From Cyanophora paradoxa CCMP329 (Eukaryota; Plantae; Glaucophyta): a DNA stretch of 64,000 bases. The position numbers and the translations under genes were made by a program. The DNA is taken from positions 121,158 through 185,157 of the forward strand of contig QPMI01000013.1 of assembly GCA_004431415.1 (NCBI GenBank), in the 5' to 3' direction. A model generated the notes under the pieces. It did not search any database. It was not told the origin of the DNA and was given only the letters and a program-made list of their open reading frames with translations. Positions 33,958-43,465 of this stretch are shown here, piece after piece (positions within the stretch are counted from its first letter, which is position 1; each line of letters starts with the position of its first letter).

Positions 33958-36900
33958 ATGTTAGTGGACCGGGCGCGTGCCGGCGGCGGCGACGAATCGT
34001 TGGAGTCTAGCTGCATATGCATAGTCCACGACCATGGATGTGAGCCGTTGGCGCCGTTGCGGATCCGGCGCAATCTTTGCGGGCCCGTGCCTGCGAATCG
34101 GCCGCCGAGTGTAGGTTTTTTTGTCGAACTGGATGAATCACCCCTGGCTCATGTGCGGGGGTACCTCCGACCTACAATCACGCCGGCGGTGCTTCCAGGA
34201 CCTTCGCTCTGGCAATCACTCCAGTTCACGTCTCGCGATTGCGGCGCGTAGCGTAGGCGCAGCGGCGCGCGGCGAAGGCGGCGGGCGGGAGGCAGCGATG
34301 ATGGCGACGAACCAGCTGGTGTGCATGCGCACGCGCGCGCCGATCGTCGCGCGCGCCGCGCGCGCCGAAACCCACGCCCGCGCGCGCAGGGCTGGCCCGC
34401 GCGCGCGAGCCCGATGTGGCAGGACTTCAGCCGCGAGCCGCGGCTGTTGCAGCACGGCCCGTCCGCTTTCCTGCCTCCCATGCGGCCCGCACCGGCGCGC
34501 GTGCCTCGGCCGGCGACGCCCATCCAGGAGCCGTGCTCGCCGGCGGCTTCAATGATCGAGGTGCGCTCCGGGTTCGGGCCCGCCCTCGCTTAGGACTTGG
34601 TCGCGGATCATGGCGCCCGCGCGCCCGCGTGCCGCCGCCAGCCCGTTATCGTGCGCGTACCGGCGGAGCCACTGCCGGAACTCCGGCGCCATAGCCATCT
34701 CTAGCACGCGGGGCAGCGCTGTTGTGCGCGTGTCGCCGCACACGGGGCACGATGTGAGCGCGCAGCACTCGGGGAAGTAGATAATCTCGCGCATGTGCGC
34801 CACCGAGCTGACGCCGCCGTTTTGCATGCAGCCCGGCTTTTTCCAGGAGGTGTTCCTTGCAGAAACGGACCTCAAGGATTTATACGCCGTCTCCGACGCA
34901 TGCCAATACGGGCGCCTTTTGGCCGACGGTGCATTCGACGCATACATCGGCGATGCCGCCAAGCACTGCGCCGCACACAAGCACGTCTGTGGCGACGTCG
35001 GCTGCATGTCCGTTGTGGTCGAGCAGGACAGGATCGTCGCCACGCTGGCGTTCCCCGGCAGGTGCGCCCCGCCCGCGCGCCCCGCCCGCCCCGCCTGACG
35101 CCCGTCGCGCATTTCCAGCACCGGGTCCGTCCAAATCGCGGTTCCGGCCATCCGGCCCGCGGCGGGGGAGGATTTCATCGAGCCGGCGAGATACGCGAAG
35201 GTCTTCGCCGAGGCAGTCTGGCCCGTCGTCGCGGAGGCGCTCGGGCACGGACTGGAGCGGAATCCGGCGGTGGCGCGCAGTGCGCATATGCACGTCGTCA
35301 ACATATGCTGTCACGTTATGGCCGCCGTAATGCGGTGCACGCAAGGTGTCCCGTGCCGCCCGCCATCGCCCGTGTCCGCCGGTGACGCTGTGCTCGCAGG
35401 CGGAAAAGGCCTGGACGTCCCGAACGTCGACGTTGCGCTCCTGCAGTTCGCCCGTGCCGTTGCGGGCGCGAAGCGCGAGACTGGCCTCCTTTACCTCGAC
35501 GGCACCCCCCCCAGCGCCGACAGCCCCTGGGACATCTGGGCGGCCGAGATTCGGACCATCCCTCGCTACACGCCGCTCTCCCCTCCCCCCGTCGTTCACT
35601 CCGCCACCATCGACGCCCCAAGGGGCAGTTTGAGTGCGAAGCATTTTCGTCTCGCCCTGTTCTTCTCGGTGCGCGATTGCGTCCGCCGGCCCGTGCCCGC
35701 CCTCAAAGCCGACCCGCGGCCAGGTCCTGAGTTCGGTGCTGAACGACAACGTTAACGTCGTCGAGTCGCCGGGGAAGGTCATGGAGGCGGCCAGGGATCG
35801 CGTCCCCCGCTACGCCAGTGGCACGTCGGGCCGTCGCAACCTCGGCTCGGAGGCGACGAACGGCGTCAACCCCGGCACCCTCAACAGGGTCGCGAAGGCG
35901 GCCGGCGCGACGGCGGTCGAGATCTTCCGCGCAGAGACGAACGCCAAGGTCGGCGACAACCTCTACGACAGAATCTTCGCAGCCGTGGAAAGGACCGGGC
36001 ACTGCGCCCGGCGGCTGGCCGAGCAGCCCGGGCGGCGACAGGGGGTCGTGCTCGCCATCGAGACGGCCCTCAGCCACCACGGCGGTCCTCGCCTCTTCAT
36101 TCTCCGCTGTGATCCGTCTGTCGCCGCGCACGGCGTGCTGGACTTCTTCTGGACGGCCGTGTCAATCGAGCGCGACGAGGAGTTGCTGGTGGTGAAGAAC
36201 TTCAAGGATATCAACGGGGTCGTTTCCTTCGTGATGGAGAAGCACTCGCCGAAGCAGAAAACACGCCTTGGCGCATGGATTCTCACGTGCGGGGATCACG
36301 GCACGGCGACCGAGCCCCGCGAGTTCATGGCCGCGCTCGGCGACGGCATCGGCTACGTCCACGGGGGAGGCGGCGAGGACGGCAAGGACGACGGCGCCCC
36401 CCCGGACCCCGGCAGGGCCCTCCCGTCTGTCGATAAGAACAAGTCCTATCGCCTGTGGCTGGCCTGCGTGGCGAGCATCCAGGCCCGCCACCGCCACATG
36501 AGCGACCCCATGCGAATGGCGCTCTTCATCGACAAGGCGGATCGCGCGATCAAGGGCCAGATCGCCAAGTACGTCGACAAGCGGTTCCTCGGCTCGCGCG
36601 ACGTGGTCGACTACCGCATGCCGCCGCACCCCGACGATAAGGGGCGGCAGCCCGTCGACGTTCTCCTGCCGAAGATGTTCGAGCTCGCGCTGGCACGGTA
36701 CCGCGGAAAGCCGCTCTCCCACATGGCGTGGTCGATCTACGAGGCCTTCAATGTCTACAACGGAGTCTCCCCCGTGGTCCTCGACTGCGACGCGGAGTTC
36801 CGCGAGATGGCCAAGGGCGAGACATTCAAGAAGACGGCCAAGACCGCGCTCGGAGCCGTGCTCCGGGAGGCCAAGAAGCTCTCCCTGATCGACACGAATA

Positions 36901-37076
36901 TAGACTTTGAGAAGGAGCGGGAGACAAGGGACAAGTGCAATCTCCGGGGAAAGGAGAAGAAGCGCAAGCGCGCTGCCGAGGAGGCCCAGCGCACCCTCCG
37001 CGCCCGGGCACCGTCGCCCACCGACTCGTCGGTCGCCGGCACCGACGACACGGGCAGCGAGTGGAGCGACGAGTGA
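33958..37076 (+). CDS. Large spliced orphan protein with a C-terminal basic NLS
   Basis: Introns 35062-35118 and 35669-35723 join coding-biased ORFs. Long terminal exon ends KEKKRKR...SEWSDE, stop 37076. The 5' structure is unclear. Confidence 0.55.
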
Positions 37077-37163
37077 GATTTTTGCTGCAGCCTTCTGGCT
37101 GCCCATGATGTATGCATAGGGCGGCAGCAGCGGATGACGTTTGTTACAGTTTTCTACGCAGGC

Positions 37164-37380
37164 TAGGTTTTGAAAGTTTCACCCTCGGTAGCCCATGATG
37201 ATTTCATATATGGGCTTCATGTTCGAGATTTTTTTAGAGTCTGTAGGTTTTGAAAGTTGCATTGGAAGCCTGAAATGATTGATCGGGCTTCATGTTAGAG
37301 TACGTAGGCTTTGAAAGTTGCATCCTCGGTAGCCTGTGATGATTCATTGGGCTTCATGTTCGAGTCTAGAGTCTTATAGG
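37164..37380. repeat. Three degenerate AT-rich tandem repeats, each with a hairpin
   Basis: TAGGYTTTGAAAGTTKCA at 37164, 37244 and 37305, each followed by AGCC...GGGCTTCATGTT. Confidence 0.75.
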
Positions 37381-37512
37381 TTCGCATAGAGTTGTGAATT
37401 GACCACCTGACTTTGCTCGCACGTGCGCCGGCCCTTGCTCCCGGCCCCACCTGCCGCCCGGCTTCTGGGAATTCAGGGGGTGATTTTTCTCTGTTTCCCA
37501 GTAGGCCACCCC

Positions 37513-38689
37513 ATGGACGGCCGGAAGGCGGCGATCGCGCTTGCCGTCGCGGCGGGCGCGGCCGCGGCCATCTACGTGGCGGTGAAGTCGGCGACCCGAG
37601 CAGCACCGGAGGGATCCGAGCTTGCGCCAGGCCCCCGCCCGACGGCCGCCACGAGGGCGGCGTCGGCGGGGGGCGAGCCGATCGACGTGGAGAAGGAGCT
37701 CGAAGCGTTCGAACGCGGCCTCGTCGCGGCGCGGGTGGCGCCCTCGCCCAGGCAGGCGCTGGTGGCGCGGCAGGCGGAGGTGGCAGCGCTGCCGCCCGTG
37801 AACTGGGACGCCCTGACGACGGAACTGAACCGGATGCGGGCGTGGCGCTGGCAGGTGCTGAAGGACACCGCGATGATCGCACGCGAAGAAGCGAGACAGA
37901 AGAACGTCCAGCGCGCCCGCGAGGGGGTGCTGTACAGCGAGGCGTACGCCGAGTCGGCGCAGTTCGCCCTGGACTGGGCGCAGGAGAGGTGGCGGGAGAC
38001 GCTGCAGATGCAGGCGGACACGGAGAGGCGCCTCGCGCTCACGAAGGCCATGGTGGAGCAGGTCACGAAGGACACGTCGACGCTCCAGGTCGCGTCGCGG
38101 GCGAGCCGGGGCGCGGGGTCGCGCGTCGCGGTCGCCGGCGAGGTGTGGGGGCTGCCGCCGAACCCCCCACGGGGCTGCGCGGCGAGGTCGTCTCGCGGGC
38201 TCCCGGTCGAAGAAGGCGGAGGACTTCGTCGCCCCGACCGTGCGGCTCACCTGGAGCGAACCGGCGTCGGACGGCACGCCGTCGCTGACCCAGGCGTTCA
38301 GGGTCTACATCAACGGGCTCCCCGACGTCGCCAAGGACGGGACGCCCCGCCTCGTGGAGCCTGGGGAGGGCGGGTCCATCGAGGGGATGTACCAGTGGAC
38401 GGGACCCGCGCCCGTCAGCGGGTTCCAGGACGTGCCGGGGCGGAACTCTTTCTCGGTCTCCGCGCTCCGCGTGTACTTCAGGGAGCCGACGGCGGAGGAG
38501 AAAAAGGGGGACCCCAAGCTGGAGGAGGTGCCGGTCTTCATCGAGGGTCCCGTGAGCGCCTCGATCATCGTCGAAGTGCCCGAGCCGCCCTATGTCGAGA
38601 AGAAACCCGCCGCGAAGAAAACCGGCGATTTGAAGAAGGTGGACGGCGCCGCAGCCTCAGCGGCGACGAAGGCGGCGAAGGCGCTGTGA
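37513..38689 (+). CDS. Membrane-anchored protein: N-terminal TM, coiled coil, C-terminal FN3-like domain (two -1 frameshifts)
   Basis: AAIALAVAAGAAAAIYVAV anchor. PPNPPTGL...VRLTWSEP...FRVY...FSVSA...EGPVS is restored by adding one base in the C-run at about 38163 and one in the G-run at about 38197. Confidence 0.6.
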
Positions 38690-39508
38690 TCGGCGGCGGG
38701 CCCGGGAGCGTGTACGGGGGCGGCGGGCCCGGGAGCGGCGCCGACTGTAACGGCGGCTGGATGCGTTGGGGGCAGGGGCGTCATCCATCCATTCCGAATC
38801 CGGCGGGGGCATGGGCGTCCCGGGTTGCGATCCCGCCGCGGGATCGGGGGGCACCGGGGCAACGGGGCGCAGGTCCACTACTCGGGTTGGCGCCTGTGCA
38901 AGCGAATCCTGTAGGATCATCTTCTCGCGCACGAAGCTGAGCCCAAGCGCCATGGGATGTCTACTGCTCAGCGCCACCCTGGTGCTGGGTCCGACGCGAC
39001 CGGGCCATTTCAAAAGGGCATACCTTGCAGCGGCGTCATACGCGATGTATGCAATGACGTTGCACAGAGCAAGAGTGTCTGGAGTCTCGAAAGCCTCGAA
39101 GCTCAGGTCGAAGATTCGAAGCATTAGAAGAAATCCATATTCGTCCTCCTCTAGGACCAGTTGCAGGCCCACATGCGGAAGAGGGGCCCCCAACAGATCA
39201 AGGGCGCGGCCGCCCGCGGCGGGGGCCTGAGGGATCATGTTAACCTGAATTCCATCGACACTGTCCATCTCATCAAGCCGAAACCTATAGTTGATTTCTC
39301 GCACGTCGCTGGGGTTCTGAGGGTGCAGTATCTGGATTGGAATAATTGACCTCGATTTTATTCCCTCCCCAAACGAACGCCATGGCAGCGTCGGGAGCCT
39401 GGTCTGGTTGTTTATCCGGTCTCGTAGTGTCAATTCGGCAAATCTGCGTCCTTCCCCCCAGTGCCACTTTGACGGGGGCGGGATATCGCGATGGGGCGCC
39501 CGTTTCAT
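38657..39508 (-). CDS. Orphan protein with an Arg/Ser-rich C-terminus
   Basis: Lower-GC intronless ORF from MKRAPHRD, ending SRRYSRRRSRARRPRTRSRARRRS. Confidence 0.5.
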   Translation of the reverse strand: MKRAPHRDIPPPSKWHWGEGRRFAELTLRDRINNQTRLPTLPWRSFGEGIKSRSIIPIQILHPQNPSDVREINYRFRLDEMDSVDGIQVNMIPQAPAAGGRALDLLGAPLPHVGLQLVLEEDEYGFLLMLRIFDLSFEAFETPDTLALCNVIAYIAYDAAARYALLKWPGRVGPSTRVALSSRHPMALGLSFVREKMILQDSLAQAPTRVVDLRPVAPVPPDPAAGSQPGTPMPPPDSEWMDDAPAPNASSRRYSRRRSRARRPRTRSRARRRSQRLRRLRRR

Positions 39509-39534
39509 CTTTACCCAGCTTCTCTGATAATTTC

Positions 39535-39944
39535 TCACACGGGCGCGAACACGAACGCATCGGGCTCCTCGGCGGTGGGGAGCCACAGCCCCAGGTCGAG
39601 CACCACGCCGCTCGCGAGTCGGCGGAAGACGCGGAGGGCGCGGCCGTCCGCGATGTTCCTGCGCATGGCGACGTGCTCGGCGGCGCCGTCGTCCCTGTAC
39701 TTGGCGTACTTGAGCGCCTCCTCGGTCTCCTGGTTGGCGTACGCGGAGGAGGAGCTCGAGTAGACGCTGGCGATGTAGCCGTCCTCGCCGACGTAGAACC
39801 CCGTAGCGTCGGGTGCAGGCGCCGGAACTCGTCGGTGCTGAGGAGGGTCGGCTCGGGGCTGCGGGTCCGCCGGGGCCACCTTCGCGGCAGCTCGCCGAAC
39901 ACCGTCCACGGGGTGGGTTCGGTCTGAACGCCGGCCTCGGGCAT
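39535..39944 (-). CDS. SRA/YDG-like domain protein (one -1 frameshift)
   Basis: With one G added at 39799-39802 it reads RRLHPTLRGFYVGEDGYIASVY..AYANQETEEALKY..HVAMRRNIADGRALRVFRR..VLDLGLW, which follows the order of SRA motifs. Confidence 0.5.
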
Positions 39945-39993
39945 TGCTGCTTTACCGGTGCGCGGGGAAAATAGTGCGGCGCGCGAATCCGCG

Positions 39994-40329
39994 TCACGGC
40001 GCGAAGGGGTCGCGCGAGAACGGGCAGTGGGCCGTGGGGCCCAGGACGCTGCAGGGGATGCGCGCCGGCTTCAAGGCCTCGGACGCCACGATCCGAAACG
40101 CCGGCGCGCTCGAGCCGTCCGAGCCCGATGCGAGGCTCGCGACGGTGTCCAAGGCCACGAACGCCGGCGAGGTCGCCACGTCCTCGGGGGCGGGGGCCGG
40201 TTCGCTCGGGTTGGCGACGGCGGCAACGGGTCGCGCGGTCGGTTCGGCGGGGGGTGGGGTGCGCGACGCCACCCAGGCCGCCACGGCGGCGAGGGCGGCG
40301 AGAACCAGGAGGCCGCGCGCGGAGTCCAT
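39994..40329 (-). CDS. Small protein with an N-terminal signal/TM anchor
   Basis: MDSARGLLVLAALAAVAAWV followed by a Pro/Ala linker, 111 aa. Confidence 0.55.
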   Translation of the reverse strand: MDSARGLLVLAALAAVAAWVASRTPPPAEPTARPVAAVANPSEPAPAPEDVATSPAFVALDTVASLASGSDGSSAPAFRIVASEALKPARIPCSVLGPTAHCPFSRDPFAP

Positions 40330-40356
40330 GGTTCCTGTGAATGGGCCAAAAAATAG

Positions 40357-41307
40357 ATGCAACCCAGTAAGACGCGGGGAGCGATGCCTGTCCTCGACCC
40401 CGCCAGGATCGCCCTGCTGGCGAAGAAGGTGGAGCAGGCGAACACGCAGTACAGCAAGAAGGCCGCCGAGGAGACGCTGATGAGGTACATCGAGAACCGC
40501 AGGGCGCTCACCCCGCCGCGGTACCGCTACCGGTACGGCGGCGGCGGCGGGCGCGTGTACGACCAGTACGAGACGATCGACGGGTTCATGAAGCTCGTGG
40601 AGAAGCGGATGGGCACCGGGGCGGCGGGTGCCCAGGGCACGGCAGAGCTCCAGGATCTCACGAGGCTTCCGGCGGCGGCGTCGGTGGAGGACCGCCTGAA
40701 GATGCTCGAAGGGGTGCGGAAGCACAAGATCGAGCTCAAGGAGGCGGGGGCCACCCCGGAGGAGGTGGGGATACTCGACTACATGTTCCGCGTGCAGAAC
40801 CCCGGGGCGGTCCTGCCCCCCAACGCGCCGAAGATGCCGGTCCCCGGGACCCTGGGCACGCTGGCCGGCGCCATGACGATGCTCCTGGGCCTGGGAGGGG
40901 GGGGTCAGGCGGCGGTGGCGGGCGCGGCCGCGGTCGGCGACGCGGTGGGCCAGATCATGGGCTCGCCGCAGTTCTGGAGGTCCGTGAACCAGCTCGTGGG
41001 CTCGAATAAGCTCATGCCCGAGGACCTCCACCGGCTGCTCGAGTCGCCCGGCTTCCTCCGCGCCATGGAAACGGTCCGGGATGCCCGGCGCGAGGAGACC
41101 GAGGGCAAGCGCATCAGCTCCGCGATCGTGCAGCAGGCGCTGTCGATGATGACCACCGAGCCGGCGTGGGCCCGCAACCGCCGCTGGGGCCGGCGCTCGG
41201 GGCGCCGCGGGCCCGGGGGGACGCGCCGGTCGCGCCGGTCGCGCCGGCGGTCCGGCCGGTCCCGCGGCCCCTCCGTGATCACGCCGCGACCCTACATGAC
41301 CGTCTAG
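40357..41307 (+). CDS. Putative virion core protein with an Arg-rich tail
   Basis: Intronless 316 aa. Contains RYRYRYGGGGG and the C-terminus RNRRWGRRSGRRGPGGTRRSRRSRRRSGRSR. Adjacent to the MCP. Confidence 0.6.
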   Translation: MQPSKTRGAMPVLDPARIALLAKKVEQANTQYSKKAAEETLMRYIENRRALTPPRYRYRYGGGGGRVYDQYETIDGFMKLVEKRMGTGAAGAQGTAELQDLTRLPAAASVEDRLKMLEGVRKHKIELKEAGATPEEVGILDYMFRVQNPGAVLPPNAPKMPVPGTLGTLAGAMTMLLGLGGGGQAAVAGAAAVGDAVGQIMGSPQFWRSVNQLVGSNKLMPEDLHRLLESPGFLRAMETVRDARREETEGKRISSAIVQQALSMMTTEPAWARNRRWGRRSGRRGPGGTRRSRRSRRRSGRSRGPSVITPRPYMTV

Positions 41308-41414
41308 CGCCGCCGAAGTTTTGTTTAGGTACTTTGAGGACCCCGCACTTCCGCCGCCGCGCAAGAACCCGCTCTCGTCCGCGAAGAGGCCGGGGTTGAT
41401 TAGCCACGCAAACA

Positions 41415-42626
41415 CTACTGGTACAGGAGGCGGGTACCGCTCGCGTTCTGCCGCATGACGTTGAAGCCGACGGCGTAGACGAGGAGGTCGAGGTCGGCGT
41501 CGGTGCCGGGCGACGCGAAGGTGAAGTTCATGAGGATCTGGTCGACGGTGCCGAGGTTGAGCGAGCCGGTGGGGCGGTGCGTGTCGGCGTCGAGACAGAA
41601 GGGCAGGCAGAAGATGTCGCGGTCGGGGACGCGACCGTGGACCTCGCGGGGGGTCACCACCTTGTAGTAGGTGGGCGGCAGCGGCGGGACGCGCTCGTTG
41701 CCGCGGAGGGTCAGCGAGAGCGTCTTGAACCGCTCGGGGATGGCGTTGTAGAGGGTGGCGGGGTCGGCGTTGTTGTCCGGCGTGGGGTCGTCGTGCTCGT
41801 AGTCGAAGAGGCGGCCGTTGGTGGCGCGCTCGAACTCGCGGAAGACGAAGAGGAGCTCCTTGCAGGGGCCCGTGAGCCTGATCTCGGCCGCGAAGGTCTC
41901 GGAGCCCTTGGGGACGCGGAACTCCTGGGTCTGCCAGGTCTCGACGAGGCGCTCGAAGGGGCGGTTGACCTGGGTCTTCTCGGGCTCGTCGAGGTAGATG
42001 AAGTTGCAGAGGAGGTAGGCGTCGGTGATCTGGCCGCTGAGGACGCGGTCGAGGGCGGGGATGGGCTCCAGGGCGTCGTCCGTCTGCAGCATGACGAGGT
42101 GCTTGAGGGGGCGGAAGGTGACGGCGACCTTGATGTCGGGGCTGCCCATCACGGGGTGCGCCGTCTGCGGCAGGCGCGTCCACGTGGGGAGCGGGACGAT
42201 GAACTTCTGCGTCTCGTTGGAGACGCGGCGGAGGTAGCCGGGCGTCCAGTCCCAGTCGCCGATGAGGGGCGCGAGCGGCTTGTTGATCTCGTCGACGGAG
42301 AGCGCCGACTGGAGGTCGATGTGCTCGGGGCGGATCTCCTGCACGACCGCGCCGCCGATGGAGATCACGACCTTCTCCCACATCGCGAGCCCCAGCTTGT
42401 TCGTCCAGTGCCAGTAGTTCACGCCGTCCGAGGGGGTCTGCACGAGGGGGCCGACCTCGAGGACGAGGTACACGCGGTGGAGGAGGTCGCACTGGCGCGG
42501 GACGGTCGTCCAGGCCGTGCCGCCGTACGCGGCGCCCATGGGGAAGGAGACGCGGACGGGCTGCGAGACGAAGGCGCTGTGGCGCTTGGTGCCGCCCGTC
42601 CAGAACGTGATCTCGGGGTTGAACGA
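41415..42626 (-). CDS. Double jelly-roll major capsid protein, Nucleocytoviricota type, lacking about 20 N-terminal residues
   Basis: In frame upstream of the tracked ORF is NPEITFWTGGTKRHSAF (cf. NPQITFFKxxYRRHTNF). Also DLLHRVYL, WTNKLG..VISIGG, NFIYLDEPE, PCKELLFV, PFCLD..HRPTGSLNLGTVD (cf. HQPSGTCNFSRID) and VYAVGFNVMR. In-frame TGA at 42641-42639. Confidence 0.93.
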   Translation of the reverse strand, partial: SFNPEITFWTGGTKRHSAFVSQPVRVSFPMGAAYGGTAWTTVPRQCDLLHRVYLVLEVGPLVQTPSDGVNYWHWTNKLGLAMWEKVVISIGGAVVQEIRPEHIDLQSALSVDEINKPLAPLIGDWDWTPGYLRRVSNETQKFIVPLPTWTRLPQTAHPVMGSPDIKVAVTFRPLKHLVMLQTDDALEPIPALDRVLSGQITDAYLLCNFIYLDEPEKTQVNRPFERLVETWQTQEFRVPKGSETFAAEIRLTGPCKELLFVFREFERATNGRLFDYEHDDPTPDNNADPATLYNAIPERFKTLSLTLRGNERVPPLPPTYYKVVTPREVHGRVPDRDIFCLPFCLDADTHRPTGSLNLGTVDQILMNFTFASPGTDADLDLLVYAVGFNVMRQNASGTRLLYQ

Positions 42627-42996
42627 GGGTTCGTCTTCTCACACCACTCGTGGTACAGGTCGAGCAGGTCCTCCTTTCGGATATACCACTTCTTGTAAGT
42701 GCGGTCGTCCCGTGTAATCGTGGCATCCAGCTCGACCTTCAAGGCTTGATGCGCCCGGTCTGCATGAAAGAGGCAAAGCAGCCCTCCGGTTGCGCCGCCA
42801 GCCTCCGTGCACGCGTCCCGCGCTCCAGAGCTGCGTCGTAGGCGCAGCGCCTCTTCTTGACCTCGGTCTCCAGGGCCCGCACCTCCGTCTCCAGGGCCCG
42901 CACCTCCGCTTGAGCTTGCTCGGAGCGCTTGATGACTTCCATCATCTCCTCGAAGGTTGTCGCAATCTCGCGCTCAGCGCCCTCGATGTCCGCCAT
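42627..42996 (-). pseudogene. Coiled-coil plus D5-helicase-type C-terminal winged-helix fragment, truncated at the MCP junction
   Basis: MADIEG...(EVRALET)2...CFASFMQ, then after a -1 shift near 42742 IRKEDLLDLYHEWCEKTN. This resembles the LYxxYxxWC helix of primase-helicase C-terminal domains. Confidence 0.4.
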
Positions 42997-43090
42997 CGCG
43001 CCGCCCAGAGTGAGCTCGCCCCCGCTCGCCCCGCCCCTTTAAGGCCGCCCCGAACCGCCCCCGCCCCCGCCCCCAGGGGTGGTTTCGGGC

Positions 43091-43180
43091 CCGTCGCCAA
43101 CCCGACCCGCCACCCCAGACCCGCCCCGACCGCCAACCCGACCGCCACCCCGAAACGCCAACCCGAGCCGCCAACCCGAG
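43091..43180. repeat. Subterminal cluster of CGCCAACCCGA
   Basis: Exact copies at 43095, 43131, 43156 and 43169. The same motif starts the left-arm repeat (25767, 28705). Confidence 0.65.
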
Positions 43181-43414
43181 CCCCGCCCGCCGCGCAACCC
43201 CATTCGTCCGTTTTTCACGCCCCGTCCAGGGCACCCCCACCCCGCTCAATAGCCCGCCAATCGCAACTCAATAGGCATATATTCGGGTATATGTCCATTC
43301 ACAGGGTGTATACATATACGCATACCGCGCGTCCCCGTCACAATCACCCCCCGTCCCCGTGCCTCCCCGCACCCGTACCCCCGCACGCCTCGCCCCCACC
43401 CGCCCCCCGGTCGC

Positions 43415-43465
43415 TCCCAGGGGGGGTACCACCACCCTCGAAAAACGCAGGGTATTAGGACGACA
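43415..43465 (-). repeat. Right terminal inverted repeat (imperfect)
   Basis: Reverse complement reads TGTCGTCCTAATACCCTGCGTTTTTCGAGGGTGGTGGTACCCCCCCTGGGA, matching the left end. Confidence 0.8.

Larger units (their letters stand above)
25258..43465. mobile_element. 18.2-kb TIR-bounded endogenous viral element with an NCLDV-type major capsid protein, probably internally deleted
   Basis: Inverted termini TGTC...GACA with flanks GCCT/ACCT. Abrupt change to compact, mostly intronless orphan genes. Contains an MCP, a retropepsin and Arg-rich proteins. Confidence 0.8.

Noticed and set aside
37164-37380. CRISPR-like repeat (TTTGAAAG resembles some CRISPR repeat ends)
   Set aside because: The intervening sequences are homologous to each other rather than unique spacers, and the context is eukaryotic with no cas genes.
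40205-40221. Inverted copy of the CCGTCGCCAACCCGA motif
   Set aside because: It lies within coding sequence (AVANP) and is plausibly coincidental.
39994-42726. 910-aa minus-strand ORF
   Set aside because: An Arg/Pro-rich shadow frame overlapping the MCP and antisense to 40357-41307. Only its last 111 codons look like a real gene.
25258-43465. Canonical Polinton/Maverick or virophage
   Set aside because: No pPolB, integrase, A32 ATPase or cysteine protease is recognisable, the termini are not AG...CT with a 6-bp TSD, and the MCP is NCLDV-like. A deleted relative cannot be fully excluded.
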